Sequence record: LR756511.1 | DNA length: 64,000 nucleotides | Direction: 5' to 3' (one strand) | The notes under the pieces: model-generated | Database searches by the model: none | Told to the model about the DNA's origin: nothing | Seen by the model: only the letters and a program-made list of their open reading frames with translations | Translations under genes and position numbers: made by a program | Part shown: piece by piece, positions 35,936 through 45,167 of the stretch | How positions within the stretch are numbered: position 1 is the stretch's first letter | Layout of the letters: each line of letters starts with the position of its first letter

Positions 35936-36360
35936 TTCTTCCGCTTTTCTTCCCTAAGCTGAATTGCCTCATTCAGCCGATGCTCAATACTGTCAACATA
36001 AACATTGCCAGTCTCGCAACGTCGTAGGTCGCGGATGATATTGCGAGTAATTTGCACATGCCGATCAAATTCACTTTGAGGGCCACGCTTCATTGCATGA
36101 ATCTCGCACGTTGCCGCAGAACAATCAGCAAAATAAGCGAGCTTATCAATCAGCCATTTAAAGCCATTTTCATTATTGAGAAGATTCGCAATCTGTAATG
36201 CCCGCCCCTTGCTGAGTGTTCTTGCGACTACAGTAAATTCGTCCTTTGGCCCATAGCCAATTTCGTAATCAGGTGCGTTCTCTTGGACATAATACTTGTC
36301 AGTCGGCTTAGGTTCAGGCAAGAATGGTTCAGTTTGAGTGTTTTCCATAGTAAACCACAT
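35932..36360 (-). CDS. Hypothetical protein
   Basis: Follows motif 36362. Confidence 0.65.
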   Translation of the reverse strand: MWFTMENTQTEPFLPEPKPTDKYYVQENAPDYEIGYGPKDEFTVVARTLSKGRALQIANLLNNENGFKWLIDKLAYFADCSAATCEIHAMKRGPQSEFDRHVQITRNIIRDLRRCETGNVYVDSIEHRLNEAIQLREEKRKK

Positions 36361-36666
36361 TGTACAGCTTTACCTTACGTCTCTATCCACGGCGTCTAGG
36401 CGTTCCATTAGGAAATCATAGTCGTCTGCTTTAGAGGCGCGGATAACGTTGTTATGAAAGTGCCAGAAGCTTTTTGCTAATTTATCAAGGTCGCCAAGGG
36501 TGCGTCCGCAACAATGAGTGCGCCGCCAAGCTTTATGTTTTATTTAAAATGTGATGAGCCAGGGTCCATTAGGTTATCTTACTACGAATTTGCGCAATGT
36601 CAAGTGCAGCTGAAAGGCCAAGAGCCACGCGCCCTTGGCCTTTCCTGTCCGATAGCAAAACGTCTA

Positions 36667-37266
36667 TTATTGATTTCTGATTTTGGTTTCGTAGCCTTGC
36701 TGAGCATATTCGTCAGCCGTGGTATCAGCGTCAGCTTCGTTATCATAAAGACCGACTAATACCCAGCCGTCATTTGTGTTCACATAAACTGCCCAATTGT
36801 TGACATAATTCCAATTGTAGTTTACACCACACCAGTTACCATTATCATAGTAACCATATAACCAAACGTTATTAACAAACTTCCAATAGCAATGAACCCA
36901 AACGTTATTTGTAAAATGCCAGTGATTCCAAATAACAACTGGCTGCACTTTAACAGGTGCGGGTGGAATATTAACTGGAGGCTTTGGCTTAGGAGGAAGC
37001 GGTTTTGGTGGCAATGGCTTAGGCGGCAATGGCTTCGGAGGAAGCGGAATTGGCTTAGGTGGAATAGGTAATGGTTTTGGTGGTATTGGATGCGGCGCTG
37101 GCACTGGATGAGGCAATGGAACAGGGTGCGGCGCTGGCACTGGATGAGGCAATGGAACAGGGTGCGGCGCTGGCACTGGATGAGGCGCTGGCTTCGGTGG
37201 TGGGTTGTTTGCAAATACCGATGCGCACAACCCTAATGTTATCAATGATACAAGTAGCTTTTTCAT
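36667..37266 (-). CDS. Secreted proline-rich repeat protein
   Basis: Signal-peptide-like N-terminus; PHPVP(A/L) and PPKPL repeats; W/Y-rich C-terminus. Confidence 0.75.
   Translation of the reverse strand: MKKLLVSLITLGLCASVFANNPPPKPAPHPVPAPHPVPLPHPVPAPHPVPLPHPVPAPHPIPPKPLPIPPKPIPLPPKPLPPKPLPPKPLPPKPKPPVNIPPAPVKVQPVVIWNHWHFTNNVWVHCYWKFVNNVWLYGYYDNGNWCGVNYNWNYVNNWAVYVNTNDGWVLVGLYDNEADADTTADEYAQQGYETKIRNQ
37091..37186. repeat. 36-bp coding tandem repeat (about 2.7 copies)
   Basis: TGCGGCGCTGGCACTGGATGAGGCAATGGAACAGGG at 37091, 37127 and partial at 37163. Confidence 0.9.
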
Positions 37267-37299
37267 TTAATACTCCTTTTGGTTAAAGGAGTATTCGTT

Positions 37300-37662
37300 T
37301 TACATTTCTTTAGCGGACAAATTACGCAAGTTATCAGCAACTTCCTTCAAATTATGGAAATTGGTTTCAAACTGGTTGTAATAACTGATTACAGTAAGAA
37401 AACGGCTTAGCTCTAACTCCCCTGATGCCAACCACTTACACAGAGCTATCTTGCCGCAAATACCAAGGCAGCGAGTTTGGATTTCAGGGTCATCATCTGG
37501 CCCTTCAATCTTCGCCATTGTAAAGCTACCATCGCCATCCAAACGGCATTCGTATTTTCTATTGCCAGTGAGGGTTATTTCCATTAAGTTTTTGTCGGGA
37601 TAATTAGAAACAACAATCCACCTAATCTTGTCTCTTTTTTCTTTAAGCCAGAAGTTTCTCAT
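37300..37662 (-). CDS. Hypothetical protein
   Basis: Tiled ORF. Confidence 0.65.
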   Translation of the reverse strand: MRNFWLKEKRDKIRWIVVSNYPDKNLMEITLTGNRKYECRLDGDGSFTMAKIEGPDDDPEIQTRCLGICGKIALCKWLASGELELSRFLTVISYYNQFETNFHNLKEVADNLRNLSAKEM

Positions 37663-37674
37663 TCCCTATTAGAG

Positions 37675-37944
37675 TTAAACGTCGCCAGGATTTCCTACGG
37701 ATACTGTCATCTTTTGCGGATCGTAGCCCACATAATAATGGTAATCCATGCTGCTATCTGTTATTGTTTCCATAGCAGCAATAAACTCTGGCCGCGTCAT
37801 CCAGCTTACTTGGAACGTGCTATCGGTTGGAGCTTTTTCAATACGCTTAAGAATGGATTGAACCTGCGGATTCAATCGCGGATCATTCATCCCAAATCCA
37901 ACGGTGGACTCTTTTAGTGCGGCGAATTCTTTAAATGTCTTCAT
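37675..37944 (-). CDS. Candidate internal head protein with CTS-like N-terminus
   Basis: MKTFKEFAALKE; ATAAATA upstream. Confidence 0.6.
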   Translation of the reverse strand: MKTFKEFAALKESTVGFGMNDPRLNPQVQSILKRIEKAPTDSTFQVSWMTRPEFIAAMETITDSSMDYHYYVGYDPQKMTVSVGNPGDV

Positions 37945-37962
37945 GACATTATTTATGCTTAA

Positions 37963-38208
37963 TCATACATTTCCCCATGCTGTTTCAATAGGATCGGCTA
38001 ATTGATTCAAACGCTGTTTGAATTCCTCAAGCTCGCTATATTCGCCCGTCGCAAGCAAATGATTCATGCTCATTGAATTAGGGTGAGCGTATTCATACAA
38101 TGCCACGCTACCCTTGCTAAACAGCATAGGGCGACGGACTTCAATGTAATAATTGCCAGCGCTGATAAGTTCGCCGTCAATCCAGCCTGAATCAATAGTG
38201 TAAATCAT
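37963..38208 (-). CDS. Hypothetical protein
   Basis: Tiled ORF. Confidence 0.55.
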   Translation of the reverse strand: MIYTIDSGWIDGELISAGNYYIEVRRPMLFSKGSVALYEYAHPNSMSMNHLLATGEYSELEEFKQRLNQLADPIETAWGNV

Positions 38209-38361
38209 TTGACTGGTAAAACCGTTGCTGTTTCAGTTTCAGTATGAAGATTTTGGAAAAGTTTCTCCGCTGGCACGAATGCGTGACCATTGAGGTTGAT
38301 AACTCGCTCATGTTCCTCTTCGGGAACATTATCAAGTGCATGACCCGTAACGTCAGGCTGT

Positions 38362-38658
38362 TTAAAGTGCAGTCGGATTTTCATTTCGTTCCCTTTCTAT
38401 TTGTCCACATTTGCAACCATACGCCATCAGCTTGATAATATCGCAAGTGCATACGCTTGCTTTTGGCGCGGGAGTCTCTGTCGCTACATGCAGTTTGAAT
38501 CTTCTTTGGTAGAAACCTTGGACAATGCCTTTTATCCAAACCATATTATCTGGATCATTGGTCTTTGATCCTCTAGAAACCTCATATATTTTTCCTTTTA
38601 CCAACACTCCATTGCTGTGAGGCTCAATACATTCAACTTGGTCCCCTTGTTTAAACAT
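38362..38658 (-). CDS. SH3-like protein with C-terminal CxC...GCxCG
   Basis: FKQGDQVEC...; CTCDIIKLMAYGCKCG. Confidence 0.7.
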   Translation of the reverse strand: MFKQGDQVECIEPHSNGVLVKGKIYEVSRGSKTNDPDNMVWIKGIVQGFYQRRFKLHVATETPAPKASVCTCDIIKLMAYGCKCGQIERERNENPTAL

Positions 38659-38866
38659 ATGCTTCCCTCATTTTGGATAGGATTTCCAAAGCGGTGTCCA
38701 TTGCCGCCTTCATTGTCTGATGATTCCCGATACAGACAATATTATCCCCTAAAATGGTATTTCCTGTCCAAATGCCTTCATCCGTGAAAACCCCACAACC
38801 ATTCTTCTCTGTTCCGTAAAGATAAGCCTCTTGCGGCTTACTATAATGCCATTGTTGCTCGTTCAT
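38651..38866 (-). CDS. Hypothetical protein
   Basis: Start MNEQQW. Confidence 0.6.
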   Translation of the reverse strand: MNEQQWHYSKPQEAYLYGTEKNGCGVFTDEGIWTGNTILGDNIVCIGNHQTMKAAMDTALEILSKMREAYV

Positions 38867-39061
38867 ATTCAGCCTTTTCCTTATCAGCCTTAGCAAGATC
38901 GTGTGCGTGCTGCTTCTGGAGCGCGGCAAGAGCCTGGACCGTATTATGCGGATTAAAGATACGGGCATCGTTCCAACGGAATCCTTCCATCAATTCGTAA
39001 GAAAGAGTTGATCTTCAAAGAAGTTAATGGTTGCGTTCGTCATCAGATCGTCAATTGTCAT
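38841..39061 (-). pseudogene. Gene with apparent 1-nt deletion near 39002-39004
   Basis: MTIDDL...FFEDQL continues as SYELMEGFRWNDARIFNPH in a shifted frame. Confidence 0.5.
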
Positions 39062-39449
39062 TAATTTTCTCCTTCGTGCCTTGCCGACTATCGCCATCGT
39101 AACGCGGCAGATCAAGATTCTTACCTTGATTATGTTCAGGATAATCCTGCTTAAATGGAGCCTTAATTACTTCAAACTCCACCCAATCGGGGCAAGTGGC
39201 AGGAATACCATCAACGTCGATTGCATTATGATATCCAGGTATAATTTCCCCAGCTTTAGCCATTTGTTCTCCGCTTGGAAAAAAGTGGTCCTTTGCAACC
39301 TTTTTCATATGAAGAACTTGAATGCCGCTTGGCAAAATGTTCTGCAATTTGACAAAAACGCGGGGCTTATCAGGCCGCAATTCGCGGAACCACTGACCGT
39401 ATCGCATTTCGCCAAACTTCATGATTTTCTTTTTAGGCATATTAGTCAA
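39051..39449 (-). CDS. Hypothetical protein
   Basis: Tiled ORF. Confidence 0.65.
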   Translation of the reverse strand: MTNMPKKKIMKFGEMRYGQWFRELRPDKPRVFVKLQNILPSGIQVLHMKKVAKDHFFPSGEQMAKAGEIIPGYHNAIDVDGIPATCPDWVEFEVIKAPFKQDYPEHNQGKNLDLPRYDGDSRQGTKEKINDN

Positions 39450-39657
39450 TCCTTATCCACGGTTGATCGTAAAGAGCATTAGGAGAGAAATTTAGCTCTC
39501 GCTCGCTGTCATCAAGAACAGGCTTATTGCCCACTTGCCAACCAATTTGACGAATATAACGTTTGCCATCCTTGGTGAAAACGGTATAGACTTCGTTGTA
39601 AGTGTCTTCAATTACCGTTGCGCCATCTGGCACTTCATTCCAACTGTTAATATACAT
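39442..39657 (-). CDS. Hypothetical protein
   Basis: GGGGAG RBS. Confidence 0.6.
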   Translation of the reverse strand: MYINSWNEVPDGATVIEDTYNEVYTVFTKDGKRYIRQIGWQVGNKPVLDDSERELNFSPNALYDQPWIRID

Positions 39658-39658
39658 T

Positions 39659-40033
39659 TTACTCCCCTACAATGAACGTGCTACCTCTACCGCCCTCATA
39701 GAAAGCGCCAATCGCGCCAGGAGGAGTAGGAGTAACGCCAGCCCGATACAACCCAGCATCACCATCTTCAAACCAATGCATAATCTGAGCGGGACAAGGA
39801 TTATCGTTCATAGCTTCGATAATCTTTTCCTTCTTGCCAATGTATAGAACATGGGCAATGCCGCCGCTATAATGCCAGTCGATCTTTTGCTTGGACTTCT
39901 TGCGGATTGCCTTGATCCATTCTTCAAAGCCAACCGCCCTAATAGGCTTATCTTGTGGATGCCACGTATTAGCGGCAAACAAGGATTTACCTTCCTTGAA
40001 AATCTTTTGATCGCATGGTTCTGGTTCTGGCAT
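39659..40033 (-). CDS. Conserved phage hypothetical protein
   Basis: DWHYSGG-x-A-x-VLY-x-G pattern. Confidence 0.7.
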   Translation of the reverse strand: MPEPEPCDQKIFKEGKSLFAANTWHPQDKPIRAVGFEEWIKAIRKKSKQKIDWHYSGGIAHVLYIGKKEKIIEAMNDNPCPAQIMHWFEDGDAGLYRAGVTPTPPGAIGAFYEGGRGSTFIVGE

Positions 40034-40036
40034 AAT

Positions 40037-40279
40037 TTACCTCAGTTGTAGGACAACTTCATGGGGTTTCTGGTAGTTAGGAAGACGGAGCGCGTCAAGA
40101 TGCTTGCAATTACGGTGCCGCTTCCAGCCAGGGCAAGAACAGGCCCAATGTCGATGGGTCTTATTCTGAGCCACAATATACACACGATCAGACGTAGCCG
40201 AATGGATTTCGAATCGGTTCGTCCACTGTGCGTTATCTTCAAGAACTTGGTCACGTCGCAAAACAAGAGCATTAGCCAT
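40037..40279 (-). CDS. SWIM-type zinc finger protein
   Basis: W-x-CSCPGW...CKH. Confidence 0.7.
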   Translation of the reverse strand: MANALVLRRDQVLEDNAQWTNRFEIHSATSDRVYIVAQNKTHRHWACSCPGWKRHRNCKHLDALRLPNYQKPHEVVLQLR

Positions 40280-40484
40280 TTTGAGCCTCCACTTTTGCAA
40301 GGGTTCTACCTAGTGCCACACCCTCCGCGTACAGCTTCGCCTTTGGATAGGTGAAGACGATCTTAACGGTGCCATCATTCCAAAAGAATTGGTAGCAATG
40401 CTGTCCCCGTTGGATACTGCATGTCACCTTAAGAGCGGAAATACTTTCAAGAGTGTTAATTCGATCTTGCATAGTTTCTCTCAC
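40272..40484 (-). CDS. Hypothetical protein
   Basis: Tiled ORF. Confidence 0.5.
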   Translation of the reverse strand: MRETMQDRINTLESISALKVTCSIQRGQHCYQFFWNDGTVKIVFTYPKAKLYAEGVALGRTLAKVEAQNG

Positions 40485-40638
40485 TTCAAAGCCGCCTTAA
40501 CACCTGAAAGGTAAGCGACCCGCATATAAGTGACAACAAAACCCACACAAAAGGACGCAAGACATAGAGGCTGGATCAATACGAGAAGCAAGATTTGAAT
40601 GATTTGCCAGCCAATATACAGCCAATCTAGTATGGCTT

Positions 40639-40947
40639 TCATCGGTTCTTTTCCTCTAAGATTTCGTAAGCCGCTTGAATTTTCTTGAACAGCATTGCAT
40701 CGCCGCCACGATCAGGGTGATGCTGCATTGCCAGCTTACGATATTGTTTCTTGATTTCTTCCCAGCTTGGATTCCCACTAAGCTCAAGTACAGCTAGAGG
40801 ATCATCACCGCCCAATGTCTTCTTAGCCTCATCATAACCCATACGGGCATGAAAGGCACTATTCCATTGAGTAGCGTTCCCATAACCCTCTTTATTGGGG
40901 TTATAACGCTTGTAATTCATGAAATTAGACTTGCGACGTTCCGACAT
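40639..40947 (-). CDS. J-domain (DnaJ-like) protein
   Basis: PLAVLEL...EEIKKQYRKLAMQHHPDRGGD...FKKIQAAYEIL. Confidence 0.9.
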   Translation of the reverse strand: MSERRKSNFMNYKRYNPNKEGYGNATQWNSAFHARMGYDEAKKTLGGDDPLAVLELSGNPSWEEIKKQYRKLAMQHHPDRGGDAMLFKKIQAAYEILEEKNR

Positions 40948-40965
40948 TTTTGTTACCTTTCTTTA

Positions 40966-41436
40966 ATGGACATTAGCTATATTGCTGGACTTTTCGATGG
41001 AGAAGGAAGCATAAGCATCATTCACCAAAGAGCAGGAGTCAAGAAAAATCCAGAAAAACGGTGGCATATTCTACAGGTTAATATCACCAATTCTGATTTA
41101 CCTGTGCTTAAAGCGGTCAAAAAATTCCTTGGTTTTGGCGGTCTTAGAACAAAGCCTGTTTACGGAAAAAATTCAAATATTAAAGTTGTGTATTGTTGGT
41201 ACGTTCGTTCTATTGGCGCCGCAAAATTCTTAAAAATGGTCTATCCGCATCTTTACATTAAGAAGAAAAGGGCAAAAATAGCTTTGGACTTCCAAGCGAA
41301 AGTTAGCAAACATCGTTACGACTTCAAAATGAATCGTACTTGGGTATATGACGCTTGCGATAAAATGCGCCACCTTAATCACAAATTTGGGTCAGCAAAG
41401 GTTCTCACCTATTGTAAATACCGCCCTCATGGGTAA
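40966..41436 (+). mobile_element. Free-standing single-motif LAGLIDADG homing endonuclease
   Basis: YIAGLFDGEGSISI; FL-x-x-VYPHL-x-IKK; antisense to neighbours. Confidence 0.88.
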
Positions 41437-41489
41437 AGATATTTCAGGAGTTCTAGTTGTCTGTAATTGAGCCATTGAAAGTTAAAAGA

Positions 41490-41606
41490 TCACAGAGCCG
41501 ACACCCGTGTACCCTAACGCAATTTCAGCTTCTTTCAACGGTTGAAACAACCGTGTGTATATGTCGCCTACTTTATAACTAGGGAATGGACCCTTCGGCT
41601 CTGTGA
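41490..41606 (-). ncRNA. Candidate structured RNA
   Basis: Perfect 12-bp closing stem TCACAGAGCCGA/TCGGCTCTGTGA, internal ACGGTTG/CAACCGT hairpin; 6 nt after motif 41613. Confidence 0.5.
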
Positions 41607-41621
41607 GTCTTCGTACAGCTG

Positions 41622-41837
41622 TTACTCGTATTTAACAACTTCGGAATGGGTAATCTTACCAGCGACAGTCAAGCCGTCTTCGGTTTTTGTCCATACATTT
41701 ACGCGGTAGGAGTTAGCATAGATACGCTTGACATCCACCTTGATTACGTTCTTGGGGTGCCCAAGCTTCTCTAAGACTCCGAGACGAATCGCAGCCATCG
41801 GATCGACTGGCACAGCTTCCAAAATTGCTTCGGTCAT
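41622..41837 (-). CDS. Hypothetical protein
   Basis: NSYRVNVW pattern; GGGGA RBS. Confidence 0.65.
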   Translation of the reverse strand: MTEAILEAVPVDPMAAIRLGVLEKLGHPKNVIKVDVKRIYANSYRVNVWTKTEDGLTVAGKITHSEVVKYE

Positions 41838-41899
41838 GTTAATTCCCCTTTAGTGGTATCTACTATTCATAACTTGCTTATTCATTGTTAGTACAGCTG

Positions 41900-42103
41900 C
41901 TAATCGTAGTTGACTTCTAGCACAAGATAATGCCCATGCTCGCCCTCTTCAATACGAGTAGTAACATTCATGGGATGCTCATGCTCAAAGGCAATGCGAA
42001 TGCCTTGCCGAGTATCAGATACAGTGAACAGTATTTCACTACTGCCCATGACATGAATTTCGTTGTTAAATCCAAGATGGACAGTTTCTTTCACCTTTTC
42101 CAT
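41900..42103 (-). CDS. Hypothetical protein
   Basis: Tiled ORF. Confidence 0.55.
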   Translation of the reverse strand: MEKVKETVHLGFNNEIHVMGSSEILFTVSDTRQGIRIAFEHEHPMNVTTRIEEGEHGHYLVLEVNYD

Positions 42104-42474
42104 GTTAAATCCATCAGTTTGCGAAATTCGTGCTTAAACTCACCACGCCCATGCCAATTGCCAGTCGCCAGCAAGATCAATGAAAGCTTGTGCAGCCGCT
42201 CATGCCCATTAAACTCAAACAGCTTGGCAATGATAAGGTCTTTCAGATTTGACTTATCCTTTTTCTTGATTAGCTTTGCCATTGCATCATACCACTGACC
42301 ATCGCCCTTAATGCGGATGTTCAGATCGGTCAATTCGACTATGGCAACATTCGCCCCTTCTTTTGCCTTAGCGTCGAGAGATTTTCCAAGGCCGATGTAG
42401 ATATCGCCATCATCATACCGCTTTTCAACGGTATGACCCTTTGAATTTTCGAGCAGATTGAGTTCAATAAGCAC
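42091..42474 (-). CDS. Hypothetical protein
   Basis: AGGAG RBS. Confidence 0.65.
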   Translation of the reverse strand: MLIELNLLENSKGHTVEKRYDDGDIYIGLGKSLDAKAKEGANVAIVELTDLNIRIKGDGQWYDAMAKLIKKKDKSNLKDLIIAKLFEFNGHERLHKLSLILLATGNWHGRGEFKHEFRKLMDLTWKR

Positions 42475-42482
42475 TGTTACTC

Positions 42483-42776
42483 CTACAGAATAAACGGGAT
42501 TTCAGGTCGAATGGTATACATAACCGCTTTTTGTTTATAGAATTCTTTCGTAATCTCTACAACCTTAACGATTTGCCAGGGTTCAGCGGCAATGCGCACA
42601 CGGATCATTGCTTCGGCATACATCACACCCTGATGAATCCATCGGCCTTTCTTCGTCTTAAAGACGGTAAGACCACCAGCAATTTCACTTACTTTCTTGT
42701 CCCACTTCCGATGCTTCTTTTTCTTGATTTTCTTGCCGTTCTTCGTTGCTGGCACTAGGACTTCGTACAGCTTCAT
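42483..42776 (-). CDS. DUF3574-like ferredoxin-fold protein
   Basis: GGLTV...G-x-W...E...V...Y-x-QKAV pattern. Confidence 0.45.
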   Translation of the reverse strand: MKLYEVLVPATKNGKKIKKKKHRKWDKKVSEIAGGLTVFKTKKGRWIHQGVMYAEAMIRVRIAAEPWQIVKVVEITKEFYKQKAVMYTIRPEIPFIL

Positions 42777-43089
42777 ATTCTCTCCATAGTTCTATTAGTT
42801 TAGCTACACCCTTGCGACCATTGCCATACTTCATCTTAGCAAGGATTAAACACATGCTCATAGCTTGGCAACCATTAATGTTAAGCTTATGTCTCATCCA
42901 TTCGTCAAAATGATGCCATTGAAAAGCCTCTTCTTTAGGGGCACCACAGATATATCCTGCAATAAATGCCTGAAAAGCATAAAGAGTAGGCTTGTTGCCG
43001 ATATACATGCACACTCTGCCCAGCGGAGTATTGACATTAGGGTGCCGCCCACGGCAGATATGATTCATCATTTCACGAAATTTCATCAT
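42685..43089 (-). CDS. Hypothetical protein
   Basis: Tiled ORF; 3' end overlaps the next gene. Confidence 0.55.
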   Translation of the reverse strand: MMKFREMMNHICRGRHPNVNTPLGRVCMYIGNKPTLYAFQAFIAGYICGAPKEEAFQWHHFDEWMRHKLNINGCQAMSMCLILAKMKYGNGRKGVAKLIELWREYEAVRSPSASNEERQENQEKEASEVGQESK

Positions 43090-43421
43090 GACTTGAACGC
43101 CTCCATAGGCGGATATTCCCCCGCTTCCGCCGCTTTATTCATTTGTTTAATCAATTCCTGAACAGTAATTACAGGACGCAATGATCCTCTCGTCTTCACA
43201 GTGAGCTTAGCACCCCACGTTGGCCCACTGATTAGAGCATGATTCATCAGATAAACGTTGATCTTATCGCCACTTGTATTCTTGTCGTAAATAGCCTTGT
43301 CTTTTGGCGTAACAAAACACGCCCAAATACCTTCATTCTGCCCGTCATGGGTGATATTAAGCTTGAAGGTGCCAATACCTTGTCCAGCTTCAACGCGGTC
43401 TTCTAGGTCTTTGATAGTCAT
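43086..43421 (-). CDS. Hypothetical protein
   Basis: ATG 11 nt after motif 43433. Confidence 0.7.
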   Translation of the reverse strand: MTIKDLEDRVEAGQGIGTFKLNITHDGQNEGIWACFVTPKDKAIYDKNTSGDKINVYLMNHALISGPTWGAKLTVKTRGSLRPVITVQELIKQMNKAAEAGEYPPMEAFKS

Positions 43422-43439
43422 GGTTGTTCTCAGTACAGC

Positions 43440-43664
43440 TTAACCAAAGCCAGGAGTATTTCCTTTTCTTGTGGTTTGCTCTTTATGTTCTAACTCAAAG
43501 CCAAATTTAGAATACCATTCTATTTGTTTTTCCGTCTCTTCTGCGGAATAACCATAAGCGGGTGAATTATCCGCCATGTTAATACAAGGTCTTAGCCCCC
43601 GCTCGCCTAACCAGAACAATAGGCCGCTTGCGCTTTCTCGGAACAAAATTAGATAATTGTCCAT
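43440..43664 (-). CDS. Hypothetical protein
   Basis: Tiled ORF. Confidence 0.55.
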   Translation of the reverse strand: MDNYLILFRESASGLLFWLGERGLRPCINMADNSPAYGYSAEETEKQIEWYSKFGFELEHKEQTTRKGNTPGFG

Positions 43665-44056
43665 TATGAAATACCGTGCCCGATGGATACGTGGAATGGC
43701 AACACAGGTTCCCTGCCTAAGCCTAATTCTTGCCTCATGTCTAAGGCTAAATCACACTTCACAGGAAACCAATAGTAATCGCCGTTCGTTTCGATTTGCG
43801 GAATTACCTGGAAATCTATCTATTGACCATTATACTTCTCCCATAATTCTTTATTGGGAGGTTCTTCATCACGAATAACGGTTATGTGACATTCCCAAGC
43901 GGGACGCTGTAGTTTGTAACAGCGATTGGTCATTAAGTAGAAAAGATTGCGATAATACTTGCCAAATTCAGGATCACAGTCGATTACCAACCACCATTTA
44001 GAGGAGGATTTATCCCCTAATAGTTTAGGACTGTATCGGAGTATACCCACGTCCAC
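43664..44056 (-). pseudogene. 2H-phosphoesterase-like gene interrupted by an in-frame TAG (43820-43822)
   Basis: CHITV before the TAG and FHVSIG after it, same frame. Confidence 0.6.
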
Positions 44057-44315
44057 GATTAATTGCCTCGATCACTTTGTCAGTTTTCAGGAAAGTCAAA
44101 TAAACTTCATACCTTGAAGCTTCCCCAAATGAGGTTACACTATCAGAGAAATCTTCAATTCGCAAGGTACAGCTTGAAATATACACTTCTGGCCCACTAA
44201 ATGCGAGTGATGGTTTTAACGCCGCATTCACATAAACAACTACGCAATCCTCACTTTCATGCAGAATTGCGTAAAACTCTATAACCTTTGCAGGATCATC
44301 AAGTGTGATTTTCAT
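44025..44315 (-). CDS. Hypothetical protein
   Basis: Tiled ORF. Confidence 0.55.
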   Translation of the reverse strand: MKITLDDPAKVIEFYAILHESEDCVVVYVNAALKPSLAFSGPEVYISSCTLRIEDFSDSVTSFGEASRYEVYLTFLKTDKVIEAINRGRGYTPIQS

Positions 44316-44740
44316 TACATATTTCCATAGAAATCAGACACAGCTTTCTTTGCAGCCTGCTGTGCTTGTGGCGATGCTTTGCTGTAATTGAGCTTATTCA
44401 CATCGTCCATTAAATGCCTGTAAAGGGATCGCAATGCCTCTGATTCAGCCGAGAACCGTTGAATTTGTGGATGCTGGTCCAAAAACTGAATTAACTGATT
44501 AATTGGACTGCCACTTGGAACACTGATTCCAGAAAGTGTTATAGATGGTGACGTAAAACTATTAAGCCATGCATATCGCTGGGACAGATCAAGTAACTGT
44601 CCCTTTAATGGAGCCGTATTTTGAACTTCTCCACCTCTAGGCGTAAGATGATCTAACTCTGTACGAACAGCCGCCACTTCCTCTGGTGACACATGATCTA
44701 AATTCTCTTTAGCCATGAAAAATTCTTGAAAGGTTCTCAT
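44315..44740 (-). CDS. Candidate internal head protein with CTS-like N-terminus
   Basis: MRTFQEFFMAKE; CTAAATA at 44745-44751. Confidence 0.6.
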   Translation of the reverse strand: MRTFQEFFMAKENLDHVSPEEVAAVRTELDHLTPRGGEVQNTAPLKGQLLDLSQRYAWLNSFTSPSITLSGISVPSGSPINQLIQFLDQHPQIQRFSAESEALRSLYRHLMDDVNKLNYSKASPQAQQAAKKAVSDFYGNM

Positions 44741-45159
44741 GCCCTATTTAGAGCATTATCTTGTTCTTTTATCCAAGAAATCACAGCGCCAAAGTTGTTG
44801 GCATCTACGCGAGCTTTACGGGCGCCGTTGTCATAAGTGGGATTACAATTCTTATCCAACCAATCTTCGACCATCTTATAATCCGCAAGAAGACTGCAAC
44901 AATTGTAAAACATAATCAAATGACCATTGAGTTTAGCCCAATAAATCTCGATGGAGATTGGCCGCTTCTTAATATAACCAATAGTTTCGATATAACCTGG
45001 ACTAAGCTGTTCCCATTTGATTGTGTTAAAGTGACTGTCGCTGCCGTCCTTCCAGATATGCTTAATGAGGGACTGAGCAGACCATTTCTCCCACAAAGTA
45101 TGTTGGGCAAAGGTATCCGCTTCGACCACGAATTCAGTTTCTTTGAGTTGGTTATTCAT
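44737..45159 (-). CDS. Conserved phage hypothetical protein
   Basis: ATG after motif 45171. Confidence 0.7.
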   Translation of the reverse strand: MNNQLKETEFVVEADTFAQHTLWEKWSAQSLIKHIWKDGSDSHFNTIKWEQLSPGYIETIGYIKKRPISIEIYWAKLNGHLIMFYNCCSLLADYKMVEDWLDKNCNPTYDNGARKARVDANNFGAVISWIKEQDNALNRA

Positions 45160-45167
45160 ATGGGTCG

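Noticed and set aside
40966-41620. LAGLIDADG gene inside a group I intron
   Set aside because: No split exon pair and no recognisable P7/P3 core by eye; flanking genes are intact.
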